64,000 bases of DNA. Origin: Nitrosopumilaceae archaeon. Lineage in GTDB: Archaea; Thermoproteota; Nitrososphaeria; Nitrososphaerales; Nitrosopumilaceae. A program made the translations under genes and the position numbers. This document shows, one piece after another, positions 54,501 through 63,174 of the stretch (positions are counted from its first letter, which is position 1; every line of letters begins with the position of its first letter). The DNA lies in assembly GCA_965207375.1 (NCBI GenBank), contig OZ242274.1, positions 1,152,001-1,216,000 on the forward strand, written 5' to 3'. The notes beneath the pieces are model-generated. The model had not been told where the DNA came from. It did not search any database and saw only the letters and a program-made list of their open reading frames with translations.

Positions 54501-57211
54501 CATCTACTTACACTGGACTAAGTCCAATATCTGACGAGCCAACATTTATCGTAATGGAGGACTTGACAGACGAAGACTCTCCTCGAGTCAATTATCTTGA
54601 CCTAGGAGCAGACGGTGTAGCAACACAGATTGCTGACCAACAAGAGGCACCATCACACTCTGGTGTAGTAGCACTTGATTCAGACAACTACAAGGTTGCT
54701 GATACAGTGATTATCACACTGACTGATGCTGACCTAAACGTGGACAGTGACTTGATTGATATTTTCACTACAGTCGCACCTGGAAACTATACCATGTCTG
54801 ATACAGTAGGTGATAACGTAATGTTTAATGGTAAATCTGTCGAAATTGACGATGCTCCATTAGGACGATTACTTGATGTTACCTTTAACGACGAGAAATG
54901 GACTGTAAACGAATGTACTCCAGACGACAATATTGATGACGGCTTGCATGAGACAGGTTTCACATTAATTGAAACCGAGACTGCAAGTGGTGTCTTTATG
55001 GGATCATTCCAGATTCCAACAATGTATTGTCCAGAAGGTGAAACAGAACGAGAATCTGTCACTGGTACTGACATTGAGGTAAACTATGTCGACTATAGAG
55101 ACGCATCTGGTGAAATCATCGAAGTAGGTGATTCAGCAGGTGTTCGAGCCAGCACTGGTTCAGTATCTCTAGACAGAACGGTTTATCCAGTTCCATTCGC
55201 AGGTAGCACATTCGCATATCATGATGCAGCAGGCAGTGGATATTTGGACCAAGGTAATGTAACAATCCACGTTAGGATTTCAGATCCTGACTATGATGTT
55301 TCAGCCTCTGGTGAAGATAAAATCGCACAGAATAACTCAACCAATGCAGGTAAAGGAGTCGCAAAAGACGTAGGACCTATCAAGGTGACAGTCTTAAGAG
55401 GACAAGCATCTGAGATCGTTGCAACAGCAGGTGGAGAAAACGTAATTGAGGCTACAAGTACTACTGCAAAGGAGTACGGACCAATATTAGAAACTGCACC
55501 TGATTCTGGAATATTTGAAGCAGACATTGCAATCGGCTACAATAGTGGACCCGCAGATGAATGCCCAACCATATATTCTAACGGATGTGTTCTACAAGGT
55601 GATATTCTCACTGTAGAATACACAGATCCAACAGATGCATCTGGTGAGCCAAACTCAGTTACCGATTCAGCTACATTTGACCTAAGAAACGCAGTGCTAC
55701 AATCTGATAAATCAGTCTACATCATTGGAAGTGACATGATCTTGACTCTAATAGAGCCAGACTTTGATCTTGATAATGATAGTGCTGAAACCTATTCACT
55801 TGATCTAATCGAGTGGGATTCAGATGCAGACACTACAAGTATGGGTGAACGTGGTGGAGACAATGCAGCAGCATTTGACCCAGAACCAAACGCCTTTAGA
55901 GAAACAGGCGACAGCACTGGAATCTTCCAGGTTGTAGTCGAAATTCCTGAAGCACTTGGCGGCGACAAACTCGAAAGAGGCGAAGAAATCGAACTAGAGT
56001 ATACCGATTTGGGACCATCTGGTTCTGACTATGTTGGTGAAGAAGAAGAAGACATTAATCTTACTATCTTTACATCAAACTTTGGCAGTACCATTGAATT
56101 GGACCAAAAGGTTTACACTTGGACTGATAAGGTCTACATAACTATAGTAGCACCTGATCACAACTTCGATTCTGACTTGATAGATGAAATTGGTGACAGT
56201 GATGAAGACCCAATAAGGATTGCCACTAGAGATAAAGATCTTGACAATTACAAATTGGTCGAGACCGGTACCGATACTGGAATCTTTACTGGTGAGATAA
56301 TCTTAACTGGATTTGCACACGATGCTAATGGTGACGGAAAAACTGATGATACAAACCCACGTACCGGTGACGGCACAGGTAAAACTAAAGACTTGGGTCC
56401 AACAAACGGATTCCTAGAAGCTGAGGACGATGACGGCCTTTCAGTATCCTTTGAATTTTCAGAGGATGAAACTGTAATAGCTTCATCATTAATCAGATGG
56501 AATATCGGTGAGGCTCAATGGCTTGAAGCAAGCTATGCAGCAAGCGGTACAGGTTTGGTAAGAATAGTAGATCCAGACATGAATTTGAACCCAGAATCAG
56601 TTGACAACTTTGAGATTGATATTTGGTCAGATACACATGCTGGAGGTATTGACTTGACTGTAACTGAGACAAACCAGGCTACGGGAATCTTTGAGGGAAC
56701 AGTATTCTTTACTGTGACTGACGAGTCTTCCGGACACAGACTGCGAGTCTCAGAAGGTGACACTGTCACCGCAGAATATGAAGACCGTACACTACCTGAC
56801 CCACACGATACAAGAGACACGATTGATATTACTGCCACAACCCAGATAGGCTCAATCATACCTCCACTCGAGAGAGCACCAGCTACCAATTTGAGAATAG
56901 TTGATGCATTTAGCAATACGCTAGACACTCTAGACGTGGATCAACAGGTACAGATTACAGCCGACTTGGCAAACGGACAGGATAACGATCAGCCATTTGC
57001 ATACATCGTACAGATTCAGGATAGCAGCAGTGTAACTGTAGCCCTTGCATGGGTTTCAGGAACATTGACACCTTCACAGTCGTTTAGTCCAGCATTATCA
57101 TGGACCCCATCAGAGGCAGGCAAATATACTGCAACTGCATTTGTTTGGGAATCTGTAGATAATCCAACTGCACTATCACCACCAAACGAGTTAACAATAA
57201 CTGTCAACTAG
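48554..57211 (+). CDS. slaA: Thaumarchaeal S-layer protein with a ~1270-aa internal passenger insertion
   Basis: N-terminus KLTSLTLMTIMVAGGMTFAVPG..P.AYAANANLFVSAEN...GPQVIEV; repeated ETGD.TGIF.G motifs; C-terminus SPALSWTP...YTATAFVWESVDNPTALSP. Insert ~50330-54130 holds PBP-like, 3 Fn3, 2 cadherin-like and a second PBP-like domain. Confidence 0.92.
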   Translation: MYNNQKNEIYKKLTSLTLMTIMVAGGMTFAVPGMVPEAYAANANLFVSAENSKFDNYMSGPQVIEVAIIDSSISDTDEGKGEPDVTVNGNNLRMVQATDGNWYGYFADKTMAERADSQDNGLDFGTSGSVVNILPSDAEFEADGLFFNENNVNVVREPKNVNTNLRIDDGQIGITADTWPFIQLYTLNPTGNVVVQYNKGGGAQSTTLTFDTVDDFAGIELDRASYPQGAEVHATITDAWLNIDPTDEDSWTFNTVSGDAFYHVYNDNGGIGENTSLEKDGTGLQSVSVGDLMCSDCALILKPNVQGDDKHVITIQGNADSRIANDGDTALTADAWVKQNVVITVLDQKTQPVTITEQGPNSGIFGTYDESDTSILKIIDDADRGTSATLDYNDSPVSVLVTHAFAEIDIQPVSDVWNSGELIPVVLVDSDINKNTRADEDISLSDPSYKIIPSLRTGSPITLGSGELTVDARSADGNSAPQTNATVDAFSDRAILEIKNDEEVKSLLIDLGITGKELKSSLVDTNDGNYGYNLFNYDIRSLVEGEKDSLGTVKISLVNTTNGVKINVPLACDKSDRQGLGLLPAGDCTLPDPEDTTPAPTSIVIPLLYNSGSAYEMQHFGTAFDEAVSDYNAASSKAFSSQKLPLGTTAISSVLDTGAKGAVGTYTSEQLRTLSQTGKIGTDDGDIVLLSYSSTATSFAESGDGIFRLTTDTSRQVDSIVTQLIPTNDFDQIISIHLNDAWSQDYVAALNATYGDAHSEIKYDPKASNITTEFNTVLRTGLSGLDAQTAIVILEYDHDRLDALVTELARTNVNAYAGISTTKFIIPDVPSGAFGDNLNADALALLKATDMKTIKFALSVNTDGQNALRDALNKTTLTQVNFDSDDNIFDRHAYAAYDAGQILTRAIDALGSEYTSEQLNNRIPLAAEDYSSEALIYNTKLNDKGDLACMVYDIFEIDDGSTGFALQTPTQETTDPVNCKRTITEPNAPTVTEIHQRPASAELTWTPATDGTPATEFQVQYKLATASSWTDHSTVSASTTLTVTISGLSNDQEYYFRVIAINSIGGSEASVVVKTTPRAQVFAPNAPTGLTATSLNATAVTLSWAEPADDGGAEVTDYKVEYKLATATNWNTFADGTSDTVSTTVTGLTEGQVYQFRVSATNVQATGAVSNIDIATPTAPAPVATVPNAPTGLTATAGDTTVLLSWTAPSTGDAPTGYTVQQSTDGTSFADSTTVTVTGTTATVTGLTNDQQYTFRVFATNAQGPSAAASNVATATPAAAQTNGGSTPTNTAPVIETITAQTFTVGTAVSVPINATDAEGDTIMYNVMLDPTPTTRPTISGNELTWPAPEAGTYDVTITARDGTTDGNTVSFTLTINRAPVLAPIGAQSGTVGELLTIPLSATDADGDRVTYTISPPLTGATPGNYVKLGTTTTATLTWTPTVADTYDVMIIARDGNIGGIDREPITITITDPAPTPVVYPPRVNFDAGDTVEIPMILDNDVLYESNFFGWFGQSVGDYAQNAIQSNVTYSDVPYDISSNATEDIERIVDAGNKAAVGTYTSQQLKDLNDTGKVGTDIVLLSYASTASTLTGTDGIFRLTTNNQHQADNVLKPELSGFANIISIHRNDTWSIDYVTILENQYGANHEIIAYDSTLSGDIMTKLRDSSTGLHSIAADTAIVILGFGEVKDVLMELSVQGQNGYNYTGIETTKFFIPDLAASVADDLDDQHAIALLKATDMKTIKFALKNDNTRADLNDKVRDGTDSDERHVYAAYDAGKILARAIDELGKDGTVEQLKTKIPEVARAYNSEALIHSTILGPNGDLECTTYDVLEINDTASSVGTIVFENNSTQRNTCASTSSVPMLNSPQLVSCIDCAINSFGEIFGQTVQVQSTTQQATTITNILEIPDDSKLAILIEYQNPVTTDSEDDPIVLDFFAFGFGDDGRTANQIVRLELEETGDNTDTFVGGLEYTMLNQLNILKASTYTGLSPISDEPTFIVMEDLTDEDSPRVNYLDLGADGVATQIADQQEAPSHSGVVALDSDNYKVADTVIITLTDADLNVDSDLIDIFTTVAPGNYTMSDTVGDNVMFNGKSVEIDDAPLGRLLDVTFNDEKWTVNECTPDDNIDDGLHETGFTLIETETASGVFMGSFQIPTMYCPEGETERESVTGTDIEVNYVDYRDASGEIIEVGDSAGVRASTGSVSLDRTVYPVPFAGSTFAYHDAAGSGYLDQGNVTIHVRISDPDYDVSASGEDKIAQNNSTNAGKGVAKDVGPIKVTVLRGQASEIVATAGGENVIEATSTTAKEYGPILETAPDSGIFEADIAIGYNSGPADECPTIYSNGCVLQGDILTVEYTDPTDASGEPNSVTDSATFDLRNAVLQSDKSVYIIGSDMILTLIEPDFDLDNDSAETYSLDLIEWDSDADTTSMGERGGDNAAAFDPEPNAFRETGDSTGIFQVVVEIPEALGGDKLERGEEIELEYTDLGPSGSDYVGEEEEDINLTIFTSNFGSTIELDQKVYTWTDKVYITIVAPDHNFDSDLIDEIGDSDEDPIRIATRDKDLDNYKLVETGTDTGIFTGEIILTGFAHDANGDGKTDDTNPRTGDGTGKTKDLGPTNGFLEAEDDDGLSVSFEFSEDETVIASSLIRWNIGEAQWLEASYAASGTGLVRIVDPDMNLNPESVDNFEIDIWSDTHAGGIDLTVTETNQATGIFEGTVFFTVTDESSGHRLRVSEGDTVTAEYEDRTLPDPHDTRDTIDITATTQIGSIIPPLERAPATNLRIVDAFSNTLDTLDVDQQVQITADLANGQDNDQPFAYIVQIQDSSSVTVALAWVSGTLTPSQSFSPALSWTPSEAGKYTATAFVWESVDNPTALSPPNELTITVN

Positions 57212-57229
57212 ACTAGAAAACAACACATT

Positions 57230-57247
57230 TCCCCTTTTCTTTTTATT
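57230..57247 (+). terminator. Probable archaeal T-rich terminator after the S-layer gene
   Basis: CCCCTTTTCTTTTTATT about 20 nt after the stop codon. Confidence 0.5.
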
Positions 57248-57258
57248 CTGAAAAAAAA

Positions 57259-57882
57259 TTGCAACTATCTACATACACAAAACAACATCAAGAATATTAT
57301 CAGAAAAATAAAGAGAGAATAAAGGAAAACCACAAAAAACGCCACAACGAACTCAGAGAACAAGAAAACCAGTATACTGTCACATATTATCAGAAAAATA
57401 AAGAGCAAATAAAAAAAAAGAATAGAAACAACTATGCAAATGACAAGGAGAAATTCAAAAAAAGCAGTAGAGAGTACAGGGAGAAAAATAAAGATAAAGT
57501 CACAAAGAGAGAAAAGCGATACTATGAAAGGAACAAGGTCGAATTAAGTGCCAGAAAAAAAGCACAGTACGAGGCAAACAAGGAAGAATTTACAAAGCGC
57601 GCAAAGGAATACTATAAGAAAAACAAGGCTAAATTTGCCAAACGTGCAAAGGCATACTATCAAAAGAACAAGGAAACATTTGCAAAGCGAGAACAGAGAT
57701 ATTATCAGAGTAACAAGGAAAAGATTACAAAACGTGCAAAGGAATACTATCAGAATAACAAGGGCAAAGTTGCCAAACGTGCAAAGAAATACTATGAAAA
57801 AAACAAAGAAAAGATTGCCAAACGAGCAAAAGCCAACCGTCAAAAGATCAAAGAAGAAATCATCAAACAAACGTCGAGGTGA
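57259..57882 (+). CDS. Highly basic 15-aa helical-repeat protein (YYxKNKEK repeats), paralog 1
   Basis: About 13 periods of [AT]KRAKEYYQKNKEKI; TTG start. Confidence 0.75.
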   Translation: MQLSTYTKQHQEYYQKNKERIKENHKKRHNELREQENQYTVTYYQKNKEQIKKKNRNNYANDKEKFKKSSREYREKNKDKVTKREKRYYERNKVELSARKKAQYEANKEEFTKRAKEYYKKNKAKFAKRAKAYYQKNKETFAKREQRYYQSNKEKITKRAKEYYQNNKGKVAKRAKKYYEKNKEKIAKRAKANRQKIKEEIIKQTSR

Positions 57883-58328
57883 GATGCATGTCTACCTACA
57901 CACAAACCCACCAAATTTACTATCAGAAAAATAAAGAAAAAATCAAGGAAAACCGCAAAAAGCATTACAGAGCAAATAGAGAGCAGGAAAATCAAATCAG
58001 CGCCGATTATTACCAGAAACATAAAGAGCAAATCAAGGCAAACCACAAAGAACTGTATGAAGGGGACAAGGAACGATTCAAGGAATACAATAAACAGTAC
58101 AATATAAAGAACAAAAAGAAGGTCTTAGAGCAAAAAAAGGAATACTATCAAAAAAATAAAGAAAAGTTACTAGCCAAATACAAAAAACGTTATCGATTAA
58201 ACAGAAAAAAGATACTAGCAGATAAAAAGAAAAAATACGAATCAAACAAGAAAAAATCTTCCAAGAAAACCAAGAAACCGGTACCTGCAAAACAAAAAAT
58301 TAAAAAAATAACGTCTACAAAAAAATAA
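57879..58328 (+). CDS. Highly basic 15-aa helical-repeat protein, paralog 2 (start probably ATG 57888)
   Basis: STYT..HQ.YYQKNKE.IKEN.KK...REQENQ is collinear with paralog 1; Lys-rich tail. Confidence 0.75.
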   Translation: MRCMSTYTQTHQIYYQKNKEKIKENRKKHYRANREQENQISADYYQKHKEQIKANHKELYEGDKERFKEYNKQYNIKNKKKVLEQKKEYYQKNKEKLLAKYKKRYRLNRKKILADKKKKYESNKKKSSKKTKKPVPAKQKIKKITSTKK

Positions 58329-58433
58329 ATTCAAAATTTATTAGATGTAATAATTGATACCTGAAAATGAATCAAAAGAATCGCAAGTGTTAATATAATT
58401 TTTATCTATTCTAGTTTGTACCTGACATCTTCC

Positions 58434-58690
58434 ATAAAGCAGCTGATAAAGGCAATCAGGACTACAGTCCTGATACACGTAGATGATATATCACTGCATC
58501 TAAACTGCAAAAACGTGTAGATGTGAGTGTTTTACATTTCGGGTACTAACAAGGCGCAGTATATGCTACGTCCTAGCATTAGGTGATGTAATTTGGGCAA
58601 TAGGTTCTGACTGGAATGAAACAATTGACTGTAACAGACACAAACCGTATAAAACTGCACATATCACAGATGTGCGGCGCAAAAAACACA
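58434..58690 (+). pseudogene. IS66-family transposase remnant (DDE core)
   Basis: IHVDDISLHLNCKNV*M*VF...Y.LRPS matches IS66 HADET....NG..WLWVF...PSRG, with Trp codons turned into stops. A later frame-shifted QMCGA resembles QRCWAH. Confidence 0.6.
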
Positions 58691-58777
58691 ATCTTAGTAT
58701 GCTGAAGATTATTAATGTATACCATACAATCTTAAAAGATTCATGATAAACTTGGTTCAACAAACCTCATTTCATCA

Positions 58778-58868
58778 GCACATACTCAGGTCGCCTCTGA
58801 TTCTATGCCTAGTTTTTGAACATACATGAAAAATTTATGCCTGAAAAATTTACGACCTGAGTTTGTAC
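58778..58868 (+). mobile_element. MITE family 2 (IS66-like ends), copy B (91 bp)
   Basis: TIRs GCACATACTCAGGTCG / CGACCTGAGTTTGTAC; perfect 8-bp target duplication TTTCATCA at 58770-58777 and 58869-58876. Confidence 0.9.
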
Positions 58869-58936
58869 TTTCATCAATCAATTACAAATATTTACAACAT
58901 CGAAGAGAATTTAGCCTTGAATCTAATTTGAATGTC

Positions 58937-60679
58937 ATGAGACAAAACATATCTTTTAGTTTGGATAAAAAACTCATACTCTTAGTTCTTACCGTATCTT
59001 TAATTGCAATTGTGGCTACTGCTGCACTGTCTCTGAATCTAATTGATGGGATACTAAAAGAAAGAATTAACGATCAACTCATAGAAGAATCTACAACTAG
59101 GGGAAATACAATAAAATTATTACTTGACAACAGAATCAGGGAGGTTTTTATTTTGTCATCTGTTCCGCTGATAAAAAACACCATATCTCAGCTAAACCAG
59201 TACTCTGATGATACCATACTAGATTCAAAAATTGCAGAAAAAAAGACTTTGATTTTTACAGAAATTAAAAACTTTCAGACCCGAGAAGGACATCAAATAG
59301 AGCTAGTCGATGTTGCGTTTTTTGGAAAAAATCTAAAAAAATACTTTACACTAGAAAATGGAACTGAATTTCCTTCAAAAGAGAGAATAGCTCAGATAGC
59401 TAGCCGTCATCTAATGGAATTTATGCAAAATTCACAAGGAACAAGGCAGTTGATTGTGGCAATACCCATCAAAGACGAACAAAATCAAGACGTCATAGGC
59501 ATCATTGCAGCAGTAATGAGAACAAACAATCTAGATGCAATATTGCAAAACAGAGAAGGATTGCAAAATACGGGCGAGGCTTATATGGTAAATCAAGACA
59601 GACTAATGATTTCAAAATCAATTTTTGTACAAAATGCAGAATTTAATCAAAAGATACAAACACTTCCTGTGTCTGCCTGCTTTGATGATCACAAATCAAT
59701 TACGGGCATAGTTTACAAAAATTACAAAAACCAAGACATCTTTGGCACATCGCACTGTCAGAGTGGATACGGATACGTTGTTCTAACAGAGATAGACGAA
59801 GGCGAAATCCTAATACCCTTATTTGATTTACAGGCAAAAATCATTACCGTAAGCATAATTATCATGCTAGGAATAAGCAGCACCGCATACTTGTTATCAA
59901 AAAGACTTTCAAAACCAATCAGAAAACTTATAGATGCAGTACATGAAATTTCTAAAGGAAACTTTGATGTAAAAACAAACATCAAAACCAGTGACGAGAT
60001 TGGTGATCTATCTGATTCCTTTGATTTTATGGCAAAAAAATTACGCGAATCTGAAATTGCATTGACCAAACAAAAAGAAATTATCAACCAGCAAGAAAAC
60101 ATCTTATTGCAATTCTCAGATCATACAGAAAATGCATGTGTGTGTTTTATTGACATTGAAAACTCTACAAAAATTTGCGCAAAATTATCTGAATCTGAGG
60201 CAAGCAGTCTGTATAGTGAATTTTTGAATTCTATGGCCATTATAATAAAACGGTATAATGGAATAGTTGTCAAAAATATAGGGGATGCATTACTATTTTA
60301 TTTTAAAATAGATAACATTCAAGATGAAAATGAATTCAGAAATGTTTTAGAATGTTGTACGAAATTACGAGAACATCATGATGAACTGTGCATATTGCTC
60401 AAAAAGAAAAACTTGCCTTGCGTCAATTACAGAACCAGTTCCACATTTGGTACGGTAAGTATTGCAAATGTGTCTACATCAGAGGTAAATGATGTGTTTG
60501 GCTCCACTGTGAATCTGTGCTCAAAAATCAACTCATTTGCGCCCTCCAACGGCCTAGTTATAGGGGAGAGATTCTATGAAAAGGCCAAAAAAATTACCGG
60601 ATTTGAGTTTGTCAATATCAGTGATTTTCAGATTTCAGAAAATCAAGATCTCAAAATATTTTCTGTAACTCGTACATGA
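58937..60679 (+). CDS. Membrane sensor class III adenylate/guanylate cyclase (TM, Cache-like, TM, HAMP, cyclase)
   Basis: Two TM helices; HAMP PIRKL...DEIGDL...F..M; cyclase FIDIENST, KNIGDA and DVFGSTVN. The ORF-track start at 58826 lies inside the MITE. Confidence 0.88.
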   Translation: MRQNISFSLDKKLILLVLTVSLIAIVATAALSLNLIDGILKERINDQLIEESTTRGNTIKLLLDNRIREVFILSSVPLIKNTISQLNQYSDDTILDSKIAEKKTLIFTEIKNFQTREGHQIELVDVAFFGKNLKKYFTLENGTEFPSKERIAQIASRHLMEFMQNSQGTRQLIVAIPIKDEQNQDVIGIIAAVMRTNNLDAILQNREGLQNTGEAYMVNQDRLMISKSIFVQNAEFNQKIQTLPVSACFDDHKSITGIVYKNYKNQDIFGTSHCQSGYGYVVLTEIDEGEILIPLFDLQAKIITVSIIIMLGISSTAYLLSKRLSKPIRKLIDAVHEISKGNFDVKTNIKTSDEIGDLSDSFDFMAKKLRESEIALTKQKEIINQQENILLQFSDHTENACVCFIDIENSTKICAKLSESEASSLYSEFLNSMAIIIKRYNGIVVKNIGDALLFYFKIDNIQDENEFRNVLECCTKLREHHDELCILLKKKNLPCVNYRTSSTFGTVSIANVSTSEVNDVFGSTVNLCSKINSFAPSNGLVIGERFYEKAKKITGFEFVNISDFQISENQDLKIFSVTRT

Positions 60680-60745
60680 TATATAGTAAAAGTCAGATTA
60701 TCAAAGACTAGCTTTATTTATGGAAAATATGTTTGCAGATCAAAC

Positions 60746-61576
60746 ATGGCTGGTATAGACAAGGCAGCAATTGGTTGGACAATTGCAATTGTTATAGCAG
60801 GTGTAGGTATTGCAGTAATAGGACCTGGTTTGGAATCTGGTTCTTCAATAACTGCACCAGCAATATCTGATGACAAAATTGCTGCAGCTAAAGAAACTAT
60901 TTCTCAAGAGCAACAGGAAATGATCAAGCCAGATGTAATGAAGGAAACAGAAGTAATGGTTGAAGACACCATGACCGAAGACACTATGGAATCTGAAGAC
61001 ACCATGACCGAAGACACTATGGAATCTGAAGACACCATGACCGAAGACACTATGGAATCTGAAGACACCATGACCGAAGACACTATGGAATCTGAAGACA
61101 CCATGACCGAAGACACTATGGAATCTGAAGACACCATGACCGAAGACACTATGGAATCTGAAGACACCATGACCGAAGACACTATGGAATCTGAAGACAC
61201 CATGAAAACAGAAGACGCTCAAGACACACATCAAGAATCTACTTTAGAACCTCAAACACATACAGTAAGCATGCCTGAAGGATCAAGTAATCTTGATTGT
61301 GAGACAGATAACACCTGTTACATTCCAGCTGATATTACCATCAATGTAGGTGACACAATAGTCTGGGTAAATGATGACTCTCCACTTTTACATACTGTTA
61401 CCTCAGGTGACTTGAAGCAAGATGCAAACCTTGTAGGAACTGACTATCCCGATGGATTTGACAGTCAAATTATGGCAGCAGGGGCAACATTTGAGCACAC
61501 CTTTGATACTGCAGGTACATATCCTTACTTTTGCACATTACATCCGTGGATGAAAGGCATAGTCCAAGTAAACTAG
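60746..61576 (+). CDS. Membrane-anchored blue-copper (plastocyanin-like) protein with Met/acidic repeat stalk
   Basis: N-terminal TM; HTVTSG and YFCTLHPWMKG type-1 Cu ligands. Confidence 0.92.
   Translation: MAGIDKAAIGWTIAIVIAGVGIAVIGPGLESGSSITAPAISDDKIAAAKETISQEQQEMIKPDVMKETEVMVEDTMTEDTMESEDTMTEDTMESEDTMTEDTMESEDTMTEDTMESEDTMTEDTMESEDTMTEDTMESEDTMTEDTMESEDTMKTEDAQDTHQESTLEPQTHTVSMPEGSSNLDCETDNTCYIPADITINVGDTIVWVNDDSPLLHTVTSGDLKQDANLVGTDYPDGFDSQIMAAGATFEHTFDTAGTYPYFCTLHPWMKGIVQVN
60962..61205 (+). repeat. Perfect coding tandem repeat, 7 x 33 bp plus a partial copy
   Basis: Unit GAAGACACCATGACCGAAGACACTATGGAATCT encodes EDTMTEDTMES. Confidence 0.97.
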
Positions 61577-63174
61577 GCCCCTTTCTTATTTTTTAAATTC
61601 ATACTGCGTATTTTGCGATTATACGCAACACCAAATCTGTGCGCCTCATCTCTTGCATACTGTAATATTTTGATAGATTCCTTTGATTTTGATATGATTA
61701 TGGGTGTTTTTTTATTGGGCAAAAACACCTCCTCGTTTTCTTTGGCCAAAGATGCACAGGCAATATCTGTACTTATACTTTCTAATGCATCTAGTGCAGA
61801 ATGCAGCTGTCCTTTTCCACCATCAATCAAAATTAGATCAGGCAACTCTTTTTTCTCCTCTAATAACCTGACGTATCTTCGCTTTACAACCTCGTTTATC
61901 ATTGCAAAGTCGTCCCTGCCTATGACAAACTTTATTTTGAATTTGCGATATCCTGATTTATCTGGTCTGCCATCTACAAATCTAGACATGGCACCTACTG
62001 CAAAAGACGCACCATGATTTGATATGTCAAAACATTCTATTATTTTTGGATAGTTTGCCAATTCTAGATATTTTTGTAGCTCCTCTAGGGCAGGATTTTT
62101 GCCACTTGCATGTATTAGATCAATATTTTTCAAAATTAACTGAATCATTTCTTTGTGTTTTCCGTGCCTTGGCACCTTGATTTTAACCTCATATCCTGCC
62201 TTTTCTGAGAGCATTTTGATCAAAAGTTCAAGATTTTCAGGAATCTGACTAGTTAAAATCTGCCTTGGAATCTTTCTTGTGGTATAGTACTGGTACAAAA
62301 AATTACCAAAATTGTTATCTGCCATCACATCAAACATGAATTTGTCACTGTCGCGAATCACACCGTTAATTTTTCTAAAGGTCATAACCACTGCATACTG
62401 ATTTTTTATAGATATTCCAAAATATTCCTCATCGGAGCTTTCTATATAGTCCATTTTTTGGCTTGTCTGCAAACCCTCTAACCTCTTTAATGTGTCACGA
62501 ATCTCCATTGCGCGCTCAAACTCTTGTGAATCTGATGCAGTATACATTTCATTGGCAAGTTTTTGTACAAAGGTTTTCATCTGATCCTTTCCCCTTAGAA
62601 CATCTTTTAAATCAGAAACATGTTTTGGATAATTTTCTACAGCTTTTGCAAATTCACATGGACCCTCACAATTTCCAAGATGATACTCTAAACATACTTG
62701 TTTTGGAAGCGTCTTGCAAATTCTGATCTTAAACGCCTTGCGCAATGAGCCAATGGTGAGCAGTTTGGAGCTTCCGTGTGTGAATGGCCCAAACGTTTTT
62801 CCCTTGCCCAGAAATTTACCATTTCGCGTACGCCTTGCTACAAGTAGTCTAGGAAATTTTTCATCACTTAGTCTCAGATACGTGTATCTTTCCTGGTCTT
62901 TTAGTTCGATGTTGAATCTTGGACGGTATTTTTTAATCATGTTTGATTCTAAAATAAAGGCCTCACCTTCGTTGTCAGTTAAGACAAATTCAATGTCTGA
63001 AATGTTTTCAACCAATTTTTTAGTTTTGTAATCTACATTTTTTACAAAATAAGAGCGAATCCTGTTTTTAATATTCTTGGCCTTTCCTACGTATATTACT
63101 TGACCATCTTTACCTTTCATGAGATATATCCCAGAACTTGTAGGAATGCAAAGCCCCGACACAGAAAACGTCAT
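61573..63174 (-). CDS. uvrC: Excinuclease ABC subunit C
   Basis: GIY-YIG (GIYLM...YVGKAKN..NRIRSYF), [16 protein letters not shown] and RDEAHRF. ATG at 63174 overlaps the uvrA stop (ATGA). Confidence 0.96.
   Translation of the reverse strand: MTFSVSGLCIPTSSGIYLMKGKDGQVIYVGKAKNIKNRIRSYFVKNVDYKTKKLVENISDIEFVLTDNEGEAFILESNMIKKYRPRFNIELKDQERYTYLRLSDEKFPRLLVARRTRNGKFLGKGKTFGPFTHGSSKLLTIGSLRKAFKIRICKTLPKQVCLEYHLGNCEGPCEFAKAVENYPKHVSDLKDVLRGKDQMKTFVQKLANEMYTASDSQEFERAMEIRDTLKRLEGLQTSQKMDYIESSDEEYFGISIKNQYAVVMTFRKINGVIRDSDKFMFDVMADNNFGNFLYQYYTTRKIPRQILTSQIPENLELLIKMLSEKAGYEVKIKVPRHGKHKEMIQLILKNIDLIHASGKNPALEELQKYLELANYPKIIECFDISNHGASFAVGAMSRFVDGRPDKSGYRKFKIKFVIGRDDFAMINEVVKRRYVRLLEEKKELPDLILIDGGKGQLHSALDALESISTDIACASLAKENEEVFLPNKKTPIIISKSKESIKILQYARDEAHRFGVAYNRKIRSMNLKNKKGA

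Noticed and set aside
57544-58290. Phe/Leu-rich 'membrane' ORFs on the minus strand and the alternative plus frame 57548..57934
   Set aside because: These are antisense or shifted-frame echoes of the A-rich Lys repeats.
58826-58936. N-terminal extension of the cyclase in the ORF track
   Set aside because: The upstream ATG lies inside the inserted MITE; ATG 58937 directly precedes the first TM segment.
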